Shown: positions 46,087 to 55,661 of the stretch, piece after piece
Layout of the letters: each line of letters opens with the position of its first letter
Position numbering within the stretch: position 1 is the stretch's first letter
DNA from: Patescibacteria group bacterium
GTDB lineage: Bacteria; Patescibacteriota; Minisyncoccia; UBA6257; 02-FULL-45-10c
Length of the DNA stretch: 64,000 bases
NCBI GenBank assembly: GCA_018969615.1
Contig: JAGWYA010000004.1
Coordinates: 9,922 to 73,921 of the forward strand
Direction of reading: 5' to 3'
Made by a program: the position numbers and the translations under genes
Notes under the pieces: generated by a model
Database searches by the model: none
What the model saw: only the letters and a program-made list of their open reading frames with translations
What the model was told of the DNA's origin: nothing

Positions 46087-46928
46087 TGAAAACAGCTGAT
46101 GCTTTTTTGGGGCATGAAGATCTGATAAAAGATTTTACCGCCTTGATTAAAACCGGACGGCTCGCCCACGGATATCTTTTCTTCGGCGAACCGAAGATCG
46201 GGAAGTTCGCGTTCGCAAAGAATCTCGCTTACTTATTGGAGCAGGGAACGTTCGAAGCGACCGATCGGCCCGCCAAAGGCGAGGCTCGCCAAAGGCGGCC
46301 GCTGCAGGATGCCATGATCGTACCGGAAGGCGGCGGGATCGATCTGATGCGTGAAGCGCGTCAGTTCGTCTGGCAGCGCCCGAACATTTCTTCCCGGCGC
46401 ATCGTGATCGTGAATGATGCGGATGACCTGACCGTTGAAGCGCAGAATGCGATCCTGAAGATCGCCGAGGAGCCTCCGGAGCACGCCGTGATCATTTTGA
46501 TCGCCCGCAATCTCGAAACTATCCTCCCGCCTTTGCGGTCCCGGCTGCAGAAGATCTATTTTGCGCCGCTGTCAGATGCGGATATGGCGAAAGAAGGCAT
46601 TTCGCCGAAGATCATTCCTATTGCTTATGGCCGGCCTGGCCGGGCAGCACAACTTGCCGAGCCGACGCAAGCAGCGCGTTCAGCTAAAGACTATACGGAT
46701 CGTTTTCTCCGCTCTTCCGGGCCGATGCGATCGAAAATGATCAAAGAGTTCATCGATCTGCAGAAAGAACAGCCTGAAATGTTGGATCTTTTTTTCGAAG
46801 AGGTGATCGCGGTTCTTCGGAAAGATCCGGTACGGAATGCGGCGGCTCTCCGCGACATACTGCATAGATTATTTCTGATAAAAGAGTATACTACGAATAA
46901 GCGGCTTCAATTGGAGGCTCTAGGATAG
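46086..46928 (+). CDS. holB: DNA polymerase III delta-prime-like clamp-loader subunit
   Basis: 280 aa. AAA+ lid with GYLFFGEPKIGK, VIVNDADDLTVEAQNAILKIAEEPP, and the sensor SRLQKIYF. Confidence 0.78.
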   Translation: MKTADAFLGHEDLIKDFTALIKTGRLAHGYLFFGEPKIGKFAFAKNLAYLLEQGTFEATDRPAKGEARQRRPLQDAMIVPEGGGIDLMREARQFVWQRPNISSRRIVIVNDADDLTVEAQNAILKIAEEPPEHAVIILIARNLETILPPLRSRLQKIYFAPLSDADMAKEGISPKIIPIAYGRPGRAAQLAEPTQAARSAKDYTDRFLRSSGPMRSKMIKEFIDLQKEQPEMLDLFFEEVIAVLRKDPVRNAAALRDILHRLFLIKEYTTNKRLQLEALG

Positions 46929-47020
46929 TTCGTAGAGAGTGGCGCGTAGGGAGTAGAAAATACCCTTGAGAGCCACGAACTGTGTTCTACTACGTGCTAC
47001 TGCCTATTTACTACTCACTA
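46929..47020. repeat. Inverted pair of GTAGGSA-type heptad repeats (GCGCGTAGGGAGTAG ... CTACTACGTGCTACTGCCTATTTACTACTCAC)
   Basis: Same family as 76-150 and 5915-5945, here present on both strands. Confidence 0.5.
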
Positions 47021-47123
47021 AATCATGGACAAAGCATTTCTTCTATTCATGCTCGTGCTCTTCACCGGTATTTTATTGTATTTTCTCCCGCTGGTGTGCC
47101 GCGTGGGATAGCATCTAACTTTT

Positions 47124-47666
47124 ATGGACGCAAAAGTTCTTGATCAGCGCTTACGCGCAGCCGTGGACAATCTAAAGACCGAATTCCAGACGATCCGGAG
47201 CGGCCGACCGTCGCCGCGGATGGTGGAGGACATCAAAGTTGAGGTCTATGGGCAACATCTGCCGGTCAAAGGCCTTGGCTCGATCTCGGTCGTACCGCCG
47301 AAAGAGATCGATATTACGTTATGGGATATTTCGATCGTTGGAGCGGTCTCAAAAGCGGTTGAGGACGCTTTGAAGGTTACGGCAAGCACCGACGGGGCCC
47401 TCATCAGGGTTAATTTACCTTCGCTGACCGAAGAGCGGAAAAAAGAATTTGAAAAAGTGATCAAAAAGTTGACTGAAGAGACCCGCATCCGGATCCGCGG
47501 TATCCGCGATGAAGCGAATAAGGATGTAAAACAGGAGGAGGCTGACAAAAAGATCTCCGAGGATTTTGCATTCAAGGAGAAAGAAGGGATCCAGAAGAAG
47601 ATCGATGCAACGAACAAAGAGATCGAGACGATCACGGGATCAAAATTGAAAGAGATCATGGACTAA
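47124..47666 (+). CDS. frr: Ribosome recycling factor
   Basis: 180 aa. RRF signature (GSISVVPPKEIDITLWD...VNLPSLTEERKKE). Confidence 0.92.
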   Translation: MDAKVLDQRLRAAVDNLKTEFQTIRSGRPSPRMVEDIKVEVYGQHLPVKGLGSISVVPPKEIDITLWDISIVGAVSKAVEDALKVTASTDGALIRVNLPSLTEERKKEFEKVIKKLTEETRIRIRGIRDEANKDVKQEEADKKISEDFAFKEKEGIQKKIDATNKEIETITGSKLKEIMD

Positions 47667-47759
47667 CGGCCCGCCCAGGGGCGAGGCTCGTCTTTAGCGG
47701 CCCGCTCAGAGGCGAGGCTTATTTTTAACGGCCCGCTCAGAGGCGAGGCTCGTCTTTAG
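47667..47759. repeat. Tandem array of three 31-bp units (CGGCCCGCYCAGRGGCGAGGCTYRTYTTTAR), followed by a terminator hairpin CGGCCgcgaGGCCG plus T-run at 47760-47783
   Basis: Read directly. The unit length is not a multiple of 3, so the array is noncoding. Confidence 0.65.
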
Positions 47760-47811
47760 CGGCCGCGAGGCCGTTTTTCTTTTCCGGTGAGCCGCGCTAT
47801 ACTGAACGTAT

Positions 47812-48396
47812 ATGGAATATACACCACAAAATTATGACCGCTTGCTCGGAACTCCGGGATTCAGCGATCTGTTATTAAAAAATCACTTCACGCTGTACCA
47901 GGGGTACGTGAAAAATACCAATAAACTTTCCGATCTGCTCGCAACGCTTGCAGAGGAAGATCAAATGGCGACTCCGGAATATGCGGAGATGAAGCGCCGG
48001 TTCGGCTGGGAGTTCAACGGCATGCGCCTCCATGAACTGTACTTCGGCAATATGGCGAACGGCGGTGCTGCGCTTGAGGATTCTTCGGCGCTTGCCAAGC
48101 AGTTAACGGCGCAGTTCGGTTCGGTCGCGGCATGGGAAAAGGACTTCAAGGCGAGCGGAACGCTCCGCGGGATCGGCTGGACGATCTTGTATCACGATCC
48201 GGCAGGGGATAAGCTCTTCAATACCTGGGTGACCGAGCATGACATGGGGCACTTAGCCGGCTGCACGCCGCTCCTGGTCCTGGATGTCTTCGAACACGCC
48301 TATATTTCCGATTACGGATTGAAGCGCGCCGATTATATCGAGGCGTTCATGAAGGCAGTTGATTGGAAGACGGTCGGCGAGCGTCTGAGGAAATAA
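47812..48396 (+). CDS. Fe/Mn superoxide dismutase family protein (divergent N-terminus)
   Basis: 194 aa. C-terminal DVFEHAYISDYGLKRADYIEAF matches the SOD metal-binding region. The N-terminal HHxKHH motif is degenerate (LLKNHF). Confidence 0.7.
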   Translation: MEYTPQNYDRLLGTPGFSDLLLKNHFTLYQGYVKNTNKLSDLLATLAEEDQMATPEYAEMKRRFGWEFNGMRLHELYFGNMANGGAALEDSSALAKQLTAQFGSVAAWEKDFKASGTLRGIGWTILYHDPAGDKLFNTWVTEHDMGHLAGCTPLLVLDVFEHAYISDYGLKRADYIEAFMKAVDWKTVGERLRK

Positions 48397-48403
48397 AAAA
48401 GAA

Positions 48404-48434
48404 GGCCCGTTCCTTAAGGGAACGGGCCTTTTGG
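48404..48434. terminator. Bidirectional terminator GGCCCGTTCCttaaGGGAACGGGCC with flanking A/T runs
   Basis: Read directly. Confidence 0.6.
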
Positions 48435-48998
48435 TTAGGACGGCATTTTCGCCGTCGATCGCATGAAGAGCATCGGCTCGGTCATCCGGCGATTGACCAG
48501 GATGACCAGAACCTCATCAAGAATGCGCTCGTGGTTTTTGAGAATGTAACCGCGCTTGTTCTTTCCGATGATCTCGCGGATGTAGATCTTCAGCTCATCG
48601 TACTCGATCCACCCTTTCTCGACGTTAAGCGCCTGATCCCCGTGCGTGCAGATCATGGAGATGATGTTTTCGCGCGACTTCGGCAAGTCCTTGAGCCAAT
48701 GCAGCGAAGGGCCGAAGTATGAATACGAGCCGTCGTCGTCTTCGAACTTGATGCGAACAAGCTCGCTCAGCGGGAAGGAGAAAGCGGTCCCGAGCCTTAG
48801 GAATTCACCGGGTCTTTCTTCGAGGACGGGCTCGATGATGATCTTTTTATCCTCGCGCCTGATCCTTCCATTCGGAACGCTGTATTCGCGGTTGCTGTCT
48901 AAAAGAACTTTGATGCTGTTCTTGACCTGCGGGAGCTGCGTCAGCCAGTCGCCGTGCTTCGTTACGCTCATGCGGCCTCCTCTGCGGCAAAGTAACAA
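48435..48998 (-). CDS. Hypothetical protein
   Basis: Up to 187 aa; an internal Met near 48971 is probably the real start. No recognisable family. Confidence 0.4.
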   Translation of the reverse strand: MLLCRRGGRMSVTKHGDWLTQLPQVKNSIKVLLDSNREYSVPNGRIRREDKKIIIEPVLEERPGEFLRLGTAFSFPLSELVRIKFEDDDGSYSYFGPSLHWLKDLPKSRENIISMICTHGDQALNVEKGWIEYDELKIYIREIIGKNKRGYILKNHERILDEVLVILVNRRMTEPMLFMRSTAKMPS

Positions 48999-49105
48999 AC
49001 AAGCATAGAATACGCCTTTTCATATGATTTGTCAATTTTTGCTTGTATCGCCTCAGAAGAGAACGGTACACTAATGATATACCTTGAAAATTAAAGAGGC
49101 TCACC

Positions 49106-50002
49106 TTGATAAGGTTCCTGATCGCTCTTTTGGTCTTGCAGGCGTGTATTATCGGTTTGTATGTGCTTTCGGGGAAGATGGCGTTTTCCGCCGACCCCAA
49201 TGGCGCATGGCTGATCAAGGATGAGGGAATGGACACCCTTCTCTCGTGGCTTGATCTTAAAAAACTAACTCTTTGGCAGATCGCGCAAAAGATCATTCTC
49301 CTTGCGGGAGGAATGACCGCCCTTCTTTTCGTGATCTCTCACTTTCCGATCGTATTCCTTTGGCTTATGATCGTGTACGATACGGGGCTGACAGCTTATA
49401 TGCTGTGTAAGTATGCGAATGCGCTTTTGGATCTTCCGCTTCGAACAAAGATATTACTTTTTGCCGCTATCGCACTTGCCGTGAATGCGTGGATTGTAAC
49501 GGTTAATTGGGCGACGATCGATTGCGCAGCTTGGCTGATCGGGGTTATGCTTCTGATCCAGTTCAGAAAAACCTCCTTTCGTGCGGCAGTGCTCTTGTCC
49601 GCGGGTATTATGCTTTATGATGCCACGGCGGTCTTCGGGACGCATGTGATGCAGCATGTTGCGACGACACAATTCATGGCGTTACCGGTTTTGTTTTCGA
49701 TCCCGGCATCGCTTTCTCTGTCGTCTCCTGCCATCCTGCATTTGGGATTGGGCGATGTCGTCTTGCCCGGCGCGATCGTGATGATGGCGATCCGGGAATC
49801 GATCGCTCATAAGCGCTCAGTGCTTGCGGTTGCCGCGTTGGGCGGATATGTCGCTGGATTCATAGCAACGATCGTTGTTATGGTTCTCTTCCGCTTTCCG
49901 CAGCCGGCGACCATTTACCTGATGCCGGGAACGCTTCTCGGATTTACGCTCGCCGCATGGCGCGGCGGTCTTTTGAAGAAAATAGCAAACCGATCCTCGT
50001 GA
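49106..50002 (+). CDS. Presenilin/signal-peptide-peptidase-like intramembrane aspartyl protease (A22 family candidate)
   Basis: 298 aa, polytopic. Three motifs in order: YD (MLYDATAVF), GxGD (HLGLGDVVLPG) and a PAL-like segment (RFPQPATIYL). Confidence 0.55.
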   Translation: MIRFLIALLVLQACIIGLYVLSGKMAFSADPNGAWLIKDEGMDTLLSWLDLKKLTLWQIAQKIILLAGGMTALLFVISHFPIVFLWLMIVYDTGLTAYMLCKYANALLDLPLRTKILLFAAIALAVNAWIVTVNWATIDCAAWLIGVMLLIQFRKTSFRAAVLLSAGIMLYDATAVFGTHVMQHVATTQFMALPVLFSIPASLSLSSPAILHLGLGDVVLPGAIVMMAIRESIAHKRSVLAVAALGGYVAGFIATIVVMVLFRFPQPATIYLMPGTLLGFTLAAWRGGLLKKIANRSS

Positions 50003-50077
50003 TCGGTTTTTTCTTGACCCGATCTATTTTTTATTGTAAAATATTCATGATCATTGCAAACAAAATAGGAGGCAACT

Positions 50078-51775
50078 ATGAAGCGATGGGCATCGATCCT
50101 GATCGCACTCTGCCTCTTTTCACAGGAGGCTTTCGCAACGGACGCATGGGAGGCTGATCTCGGCACGTCCCAATACGGGTCCTATACATACGACAAGGAT
50201 CAGTTCCATTTCACTGCCGATGTCAGCGATCTTGTGAAGGCGGTGAACGTTTCGTTGCAAATAGGGGAACGGAAAAAGATCCTGTTCACTTTTCTTTCGA
50301 AACGGATCGCGCCGCATGGCGCTACCGCGGTGCGTGCCACGTATGTCGACGAGATCCCGCTTGTCCGCTGGCACGACTGGCGGCTGGAGGATGAGAGCCG
50401 TTTGGGGACGGGGATCGTTTCATCCCATTATTTTTTCCCCGACGGCAATTCGGTTCCGAGCACTGACTTCACGCACTATGCGTTGGGTGCGGGGAATTAC
50501 TTGGTCAATACGTTCCATCTTGGATCGCGCGGACGCATGAGTATGCGTGTCGGCGGCGACGAGACCGGATCGGAGATCAATGATACCGCCGGTGCGATGC
50601 CTGCGCAGTGGGATAGTTATCGGATGCTGATGGACGGAAAGGCTTCGTGGCGTTTTTCGCGATTAGCGACGATCAACGCTACGGCATCCCTTTCGCGCAC
50701 TCGTTACAATCCCGACCGGTATTTCTTCGTTCAGAATTGGGCAAAGGAATACCACGGAAATATGAGCGTGACGTGGGCGCCGGTCTCCCAATGGGAGATC
50801 ATCCCATCGCTCGGATACGATTATGTGGATATCGAGCGTGATGCGCGCATCGATCTCGAACGGCCTTCGGTCGGCATGATGGTGGTACGAAAAAACATCG
50901 TATCGGCTCATGACCGGATGTATGTCCGGGGGATCTATGCGCCATGGCGCCAGATGCGCGGACAGGATACGCTTCTTGCGGCCGGGTTCTCTTATAAGAA
51001 CGTTGGCGGCGAGGTCTATCGCCGCGAGACGAACGCGGTTTACTCAACGTTCGTTGAGAAAAGCGCCTTAACCGGACTCAGATTTTCGTGGCGGTTCGGC
51101 GAGGCGGCTTTCCATGCGCGGGAAGGATTGAAGCGGTATCGTTCTCCGGAGCGGAAATACGCTTTCTACTATCCGGGCGATCAGGTTACCGACGATACAT
51201 CATTGAGCCGGACGCAACAGGCTGAGCGCCTCGGAAATCTTCGGCGGCGGATCGCATGGAGCGGACAGTACTTGACTTGGAAGGAGGCGCCCAACGGCGG
51301 CCTGGGATTCAGGTATCAGGATACAACCTACGCCGGCCGGGCAGGAGATTGCGATGAGCAGTCCTGCATGAATAATTCGATGGACCGCTTGAACGGTTAT
51401 AGGGCATATTCACTTGCCTGGTGGGATTATTCGAAGGCGTACGAAGGCCATGCCGTTGAGCTCGTCCAGGACCTGACGAACAAGGAGTGGTTCTGGGTCG
51501 AGTATGGAATGGTCTATAAACTGCGGGTCAATCCGAACATGACGATGGAGCAGATCATGCGGGAAGCGTTGGCGCAGAACAATCAGTTCTCGGCGCTGCC
51601 GATCAAAGATCCGAGCCAAACGCATTTCGAGCTCATTCAGTGTGATACGCAAGGAACCTATACTACGGTCTCGCCGTATTACACGCTGAGAACGATGATG
51701 CGGTCATCGGACCGGCCGGCGATCGAACGAGGGATCGACCTTTTCACGAAACGAGATTTCGTGCTGGGCGATTGA
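50078..51775 (+). CDS. Secreted hypothetical protein rich in Trp/Tyr
   Basis: 565 aa. Signal peptide MKRWASILIALCLFSQEAFA. No recognisable family. Confidence 0.5.
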   Translation: MKRWASILIALCLFSQEAFATDAWEADLGTSQYGSYTYDKDQFHFTADVSDLVKAVNVSLQIGERKKILFTFLSKRIAPHGATAVRATYVDEIPLVRWHDWRLEDESRLGTGIVSSHYFFPDGNSVPSTDFTHYALGAGNYLVNTFHLGSRGRMSMRVGGDETGSEINDTAGAMPAQWDSYRMLMDGKASWRFSRLATINATASLSRTRYNPDRYFFVQNWAKEYHGNMSVTWAPVSQWEIIPSLGYDYVDIERDARIDLERPSVGMMVVRKNIVSAHDRMYVRGIYAPWRQMRGQDTLLAAGFSYKNVGGEVYRRETNAVYSTFVEKSALTGLRFSWRFGEAAFHAREGLKRYRSPERKYAFYYPGDQVTDDTSLSRTQQAERLGNLRRRIAWSGQYLTWKEAPNGGLGFRYQDTTYAGRAGDCDEQSCMNNSMDRLNGYRAYSLAWWDYSKAYEGHAVELVQDLTNKEWFWVEYGMVYKLRVNPNMTMEQIMREALAQNNQFSALPIKDPSQTHFELIQCDTQGTYTTVSPYYTLRTMMRSSDRPAIERGIDLFTKRDFVLGD

Positions 51776-51783
51776 AATATCAA

Positions 51784-51810
51784 GGAGCGAACGCTGTTCG
51801 CTCCTTTTTT
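51784..51810 (+). terminator. Rho-independent terminator GGAGCGAACgctgTTCGCTCC followed by T6
   Basis: Read directly. Confidence 0.6.
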
Positions 51811-51843
51811 ATGGCCATAGTGCGGGTGTGCTATGATAGGGAT

Positions 51844-52887
51844 ATGTTTACGTTCTTATCGTATCTTTTTGTCGTCATCGGCCTTTCGGTGCTGGTCTTG
51901 GTCCATGAGGCGGGCCATTTTCTTGCGGCAAAGGCATATGGGATCTTTGTGGAAGAGTTCGGGTTCGGTCTCCCGCCGCGGATCACCGGACGCCGCTTCG
52001 GCGAGACACTTGTATCGATCAATTGGCTGCCGTTCGGCGGGTTTGTCAGACTGTTTGGAGAGCAGCCGGCTCATGAAGGCGAGGCGGTTTCGAAAGTTCC
52101 GCCGGCGCGAAGTTTCAGCGAACAGTCTGTCGGCAAACGAACGATGGTCATCGCCGCGGGTGTCGCGATGAATTTTCTTTTGGGATGGTTCTTGCTCTCG
52201 GCGGTCTTTATGGTGGGGATCCCGCAAACTCTTACGGTCACCGATATCCAGCAGGGAAGCGCTGCGCAGCGTGCCGGGATCCAAAAGGGAGATCAATTAC
52301 TGGGTTTTCCGACCATTGCCGATCTTACGGCTTTTTTGGAACAACGCGGCGGAATGACGGTCCCGCTTAGGATCGTTCGCAATAACGTCGAACAGACGGT
52401 ATCGGCGGTGCTCCCGATCCCTCCAGCGGGCACCGATGTCCACCTTGGCGTGTATTTGGTTGAATCCGGTGTCCCTCAGTTAAGCGTTGGGGAGAGCATT
52501 ACGCGGGGACTTTCCGATGCGTGGGAAATTTCCATCGGGATCGTTACCGCGCTTGGCGCATTGATCATGGGTTTCTTCGGGCATGGTGCCGCAGTCGGCG
52601 GATTCGTAGGTCCGGTGGGGATCGTCACGGTTGCGGCGCAGACCGCGCGGCAGGGCATTGTGTATTTCATGCAACTCCTCGCCCTCTTATCCCTGAACCT
52701 TGCGGTGTTCAATATCATTCCGTTCCCGGCGCTGGACGGCGGCCGTCTGGCGTTCCTGGTCTTTGAAAGGCTCACCGGGCGGAAAGCGAATGAGCGTCTG
52801 GAAGCCGCGTTCAATACGATCGGTTTTGCGATCCTCCTTTTATTGATCGCGATCGTGACCGCACACGATATCTTGAGGCTTCTTTAG
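51844..52887 (+). CDS. rseP: Site-2 protease RseP (zinc metalloprotease with a PDZ domain)
   Basis: HExxH within TM1 (VLVHEAGHF), a PDZ segment and the C-terminal LDGG motif. Start taken as the ATG at 51844; the ATG at 51811 abuts the terminator T-run. A TATGAT -10-like hexamer sits at 51831-51836, so the transcript may be leaderless. Confidence 0.85.
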   Translation: MFTFLSYLFVVIGLSVLVLVHEAGHFLAAKAYGIFVEEFGFGLPPRITGRRFGETLVSINWLPFGGFVRLFGEQPAHEGEAVSKVPPARSFSEQSVGKRTMVIAAGVAMNFLLGWFLLSAVFMVGIPQTLTVTDIQQGSAAQRAGIQKGDQLLGFPTIADLTAFLEQRGGMTVPLRIVRNNVEQTVSAVLPIPPAGTDVHLGVYLVESGVPQLSVGESITRGLSDAWEISIGIVTALGALIMGFFGHGAAVGGFVGPVGIVTVAAQTARQGIVYFMQLLALLSLNLAVFNIIPFPALDGGRLAFLVFERLTGRKANERLEAAFNTIGFAILLLLIAIVTAHDILRLL

Positions 52888-52973
52888 GGCGTTTCAGGAA
52901 CGGTTTGCCTGCGATATTTTTTCTTTACCGCGGGGTTTTTTTCTGATAAGAGGCATGGTATTATTTCCTCATA

Positions 52974-54221
52974 ATGTTGCAGTCCCATTTATTCAGTAAA
53001 ACATCTAAGCAGCTTCCGGAAGGGGAGGAATCGAAGAACGCCCAGCTTTTGATCAAAGGCGGCTTTATCAATAAATCGTCCGCCGGCGTCTATACGTTCC
53101 TTCCGTTGGGGCTGCGAGTTTTAAATAAAGTGAACCAGATCATCCGCGAAGAGATGAATGCGATCGGCGCATCCGAGCTTTTGATGCCGTCACTGATCCA
53201 GAAGAAATACTGGGAGCAATCGGGCCGGTGGGATGTTGATGTGATCTATCGCACGGGCGAGGGCGCAAAGACAGAAAAGGATTTTCAGTACGGTCTCGGG
53301 TGGACCCACGAAGAAGTGATCACGGCGATCGCGAAGCATTTTATCAGTTCGTATAAGGATTTGCCGCGGGCGGCCTATCAGATCCAAACGAAGTTCCGTG
53401 CGGAAGTGCGCGCGCAGGCGGGTATTTTGCGCGGCCGCGAATTTTTGATGAAGGATCTGTACAGTTTTCATGTGGACCGCGCCGATCTCGATCGGTATTA
53501 CCAGGAGGTCATCACAGCGTATAAGAAGATCTTCTCACGGCTGGGCTTGAAGGCATTGGTGACGGAAGCGTCCGGAGGCGCGTTCACAAAGGAATATACG
53601 CATGAGTTCCAAGTGCTCCATCCGTCGGGAGAGGATACGGTTTATTATTGTGAAGCGTGCGGATTCAGCCAGAACAAGGAGATCTATACGCCGGAGGCGC
53701 ATAAAGAATGCTCGGGCGAGGTACGCTCGGGGCAGGCGATCGAAGTGGGAAATGTGTTCAAGCTGGGAACGAAGTTCTCGGATGCGTTCAAGCTTTCCTA
53801 TACTGATTCCGAGGGAGCAAAACATCCGGTGGTCATGGGCTCTTATGGCATCGGACCGACCCGCGTAATGGGGACGATCGCGGAAGTGCATAGTGACGAG
53901 AAGGGTCTTACGTGGCCGTCAGCGGTTGCGCCGTTTTCCGTGCATCTGATCGCGCTCGGCGACAGTTCCGAGGTCCTTTTGGCGGCTCAAAAGGCCTATG
54001 AGCTTTTATCTGGACTTGTCGGTGAAAGCGAGGTATTATATGACGAAAGAAGCGCATCGGCCGGTGAAAAACTGAACGATGCCGACCTTTTGGGTATTCC
54101 GCTTCGGGTCGTGGTCAGCGCCAAGACCGTTGCGGCTGAAAAAGTTGAAGTGAAGAAGCGGTCCGAGAAAACGGCCGCGCTGATGACGCTGGACCAATTG
54201 GAAGCATCCGTGCGTAGTTAA
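52974..54221 (+). CDS. proS: Prolyl-tRNA synthetase, compact form without an INS editing domain
   Basis: 415 aa. Class II motifs and the ProRS-specific N-terminus (LIKGGFINKSSAGVYTFLPLGLRVLNKV). Confidence 0.9.
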   Translation: MLQSHLFSKTSKQLPEGEESKNAQLLIKGGFINKSSAGVYTFLPLGLRVLNKVNQIIREEMNAIGASELLMPSLIQKKYWEQSGRWDVDVIYRTGEGAKTEKDFQYGLGWTHEEVITAIAKHFISSYKDLPRAAYQIQTKFRAEVRAQAGILRGREFLMKDLYSFHVDRADLDRYYQEVITAYKKIFSRLGLKALVTEASGGAFTKEYTHEFQVLHPSGEDTVYYCEACGFSQNKEIYTPEAHKECSGEVRSGQAIEVGNVFKLGTKFSDAFKLSYTDSEGAKHPVVMGSYGIGPTRVMGTIAEVHSDEKGLTWPSAVAPFSVHLIALGDSSEVLLAAQKAYELLSGLVGESEVLYDERSASAGEKLNDADLLGIPLRVVVSAKTVAAEKVEVKKRSEKTAALMTLDQLEASVRS

Positions 54222-54242
54222 TCCTCTTACCCCTTATCTTTT

Positions 54243-54545
54243 ATGGAAAAGTTTCCTTCCCGTGGCGGGCATGAGAATAAAGAGCCGCGTTTCGATTTCA
54301 AGAAGACATTGAAAGAGATATCGGATCTTGCGAAAGAAAAACTGGGTCCGGCGGAGCGCAAACACGGCTTTAAGGGAACTCGGGAAAGCGATCGAAAGGC
54401 GGCAGGCGGAGTTGAACCGTTCTATGTTGAACAAAGCGATATTGATGCGCTCCCGGGAAATCTTCATGAAGCGATGAGCCATCCGGGACCCGAAGAGCAC
54501 GAGGAGGAAGGATATGAAGAGACCGATCCGTATGATGGCGAATAA
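54243..54545 (+). CDS. Hypothetical acidic small protein
   Basis: 100 aa. Glu-rich C-terminus. Confidence 0.35.
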   Translation: MEKFPSRGGHENKEPRFDFKKTLKEISDLAKEKLGPAERKHGFKGTRESDRKAAGGVEPFYVEQSDIDALPGNLHEAMSHPGPEEHEEEGYEETDPYDGE

Positions 54546-54566
54546 ATAATCTCAGACCTCTCTATT

Positions 54567-55619
54567 ATGAAGAATCCATTCATCTATTTTACAAAAAGCA
54601 TCGGTGTCGATCTCGGAACGGCGAATTCGCTGGTGTATGTCGCCGGGCGGGGGATCGTGATCAACGAGCCGTCCATTGCGGCGGTGAACAATAAAACAGG
54701 GCAGGTCCTCGCGATCGGTGATGAGGCGAAGAAAATGGTCGGCAGAACGCCGGCGCATATCACTATCATCCGTCCGTTGGTGAACGGCGTTATTTCTGAT
54801 TTCGATATGACGCAGGAAATGCTCAAATATTTTTTCAAAAAGATCGGCGCGAACAACGATCTGCTTCACTATAACCGCGCGGTCATCGGCGTGCCGACGA
54901 ACCTGACCGAAGTGGAACGCAAGTCGGTGGAAGATGCGGTGATCGGCGCCGGAGCGAAGAAGGCGTACGTTGTTGAAGAGCCGCTGGCGGCGGCGATCGG
55001 TGCACGATTGCCGATCGACCAGCCGACCGCAAGCATGATCGTTGATATCGGCGGGGGAACCACTGAGATCGCGGTGATCTCCATGGGCGGGATCGTAACC
55101 TCGAAGAGCTTGAAGGTCGCCGGCGACCGCTTGAACGATGACATCATTCGTTTTATCCGTGAAGAGTTCAAACTTGCCGTAGGCGAGCCGACCGCGGAGG
55201 AACTGAAGATGACGATCGGAAGCGCCACCGCTGCCGGGTCCGAGAAGCTTGATATGCCGGTGCGCGGGCGCGATATGGCGACCGGCCTCCCGAAAGAGAT
55301 CATCTTGAAAGATGTGCACGTTCGCGCGGCGATGGCCCGTTCCGTGAAGATGATGCTGGATGCGATCCACGAAGTGATCGAGACGACGCCTCCTGAGCTG
55401 GTCGGCGACATGCTCCGCAACGGGGTGTACCTGTCCGGGGGCGGTTCTTTACTGAAGAATCTCGACAAACTGCTTGAAAAGGAGCTGATGGTGCCGGTGC
55501 GCGTGATCGACGATCCGCTGACCGCCGTTGTGCGCGGATGCGGCATCGCCGTTGAACAGTTCGATAAGTTCTATAATGTGGTGAATAACCCGCTTCGTCC
55601 GCGGGACATTAAAATATAG
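54567..55619 (+). CDS. mreB: Rod shape-determining actin homolog MreB (paralog 2)
   Basis: 350 aa. MreB signatures (IGVDLGTANS, DIGGGTTEIAVIS, LSGGGSLL). Confidence 0.9.
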   Translation: MKNPFIYFTKSIGVDLGTANSLVYVAGRGIVINEPSIAAVNNKTGQVLAIGDEAKKMVGRTPAHITIIRPLVNGVISDFDMTQEMLKYFFKKIGANNDLLHYNRAVIGVPTNLTEVERKSVEDAVIGAGAKKAYVVEEPLAAAIGARLPIDQPTASMIVDIGGGTTEIAVISMGGIVTSKSLKVAGDRLNDDIIRFIREEFKLAVGEPTAEELKMTIGSATAAGSEKLDMPVRGRDMATGLPKEIILKDVHVRAAMARSVKMMLDAIHEVIETTPPELVGDMLRNGVYLSGGGSLLKNLDKLLEKELMVPVRVIDDPLTAVVRGCGIAVEQFDKFYNVVNNPLRPRDIKI

Positions 55620-55661
55620 CAGCCGCGATGAGCGGTGCGCGAGAGACCTTGGTAGCCCACC

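Noticed and set aside
47025-47111. 28-aa hydrophobic mini-ORF (MDKAFLLFMLVLFTGILLYFLPLVCRVG) inside the heptad-repeat region
   Set aside because: No ribosome-binding site, embedded in repeats and very short; it cannot be supported without comparative or expression data.
47812-48396. SOD-family protein as inactive because HHxKHH is absent
   Set aside because: Candidate ligands (His in LLKNHF, His in RLHELYF, the Asp and His in DVFEHAY) are still present, so loss of activity cannot be inferred from sequence.
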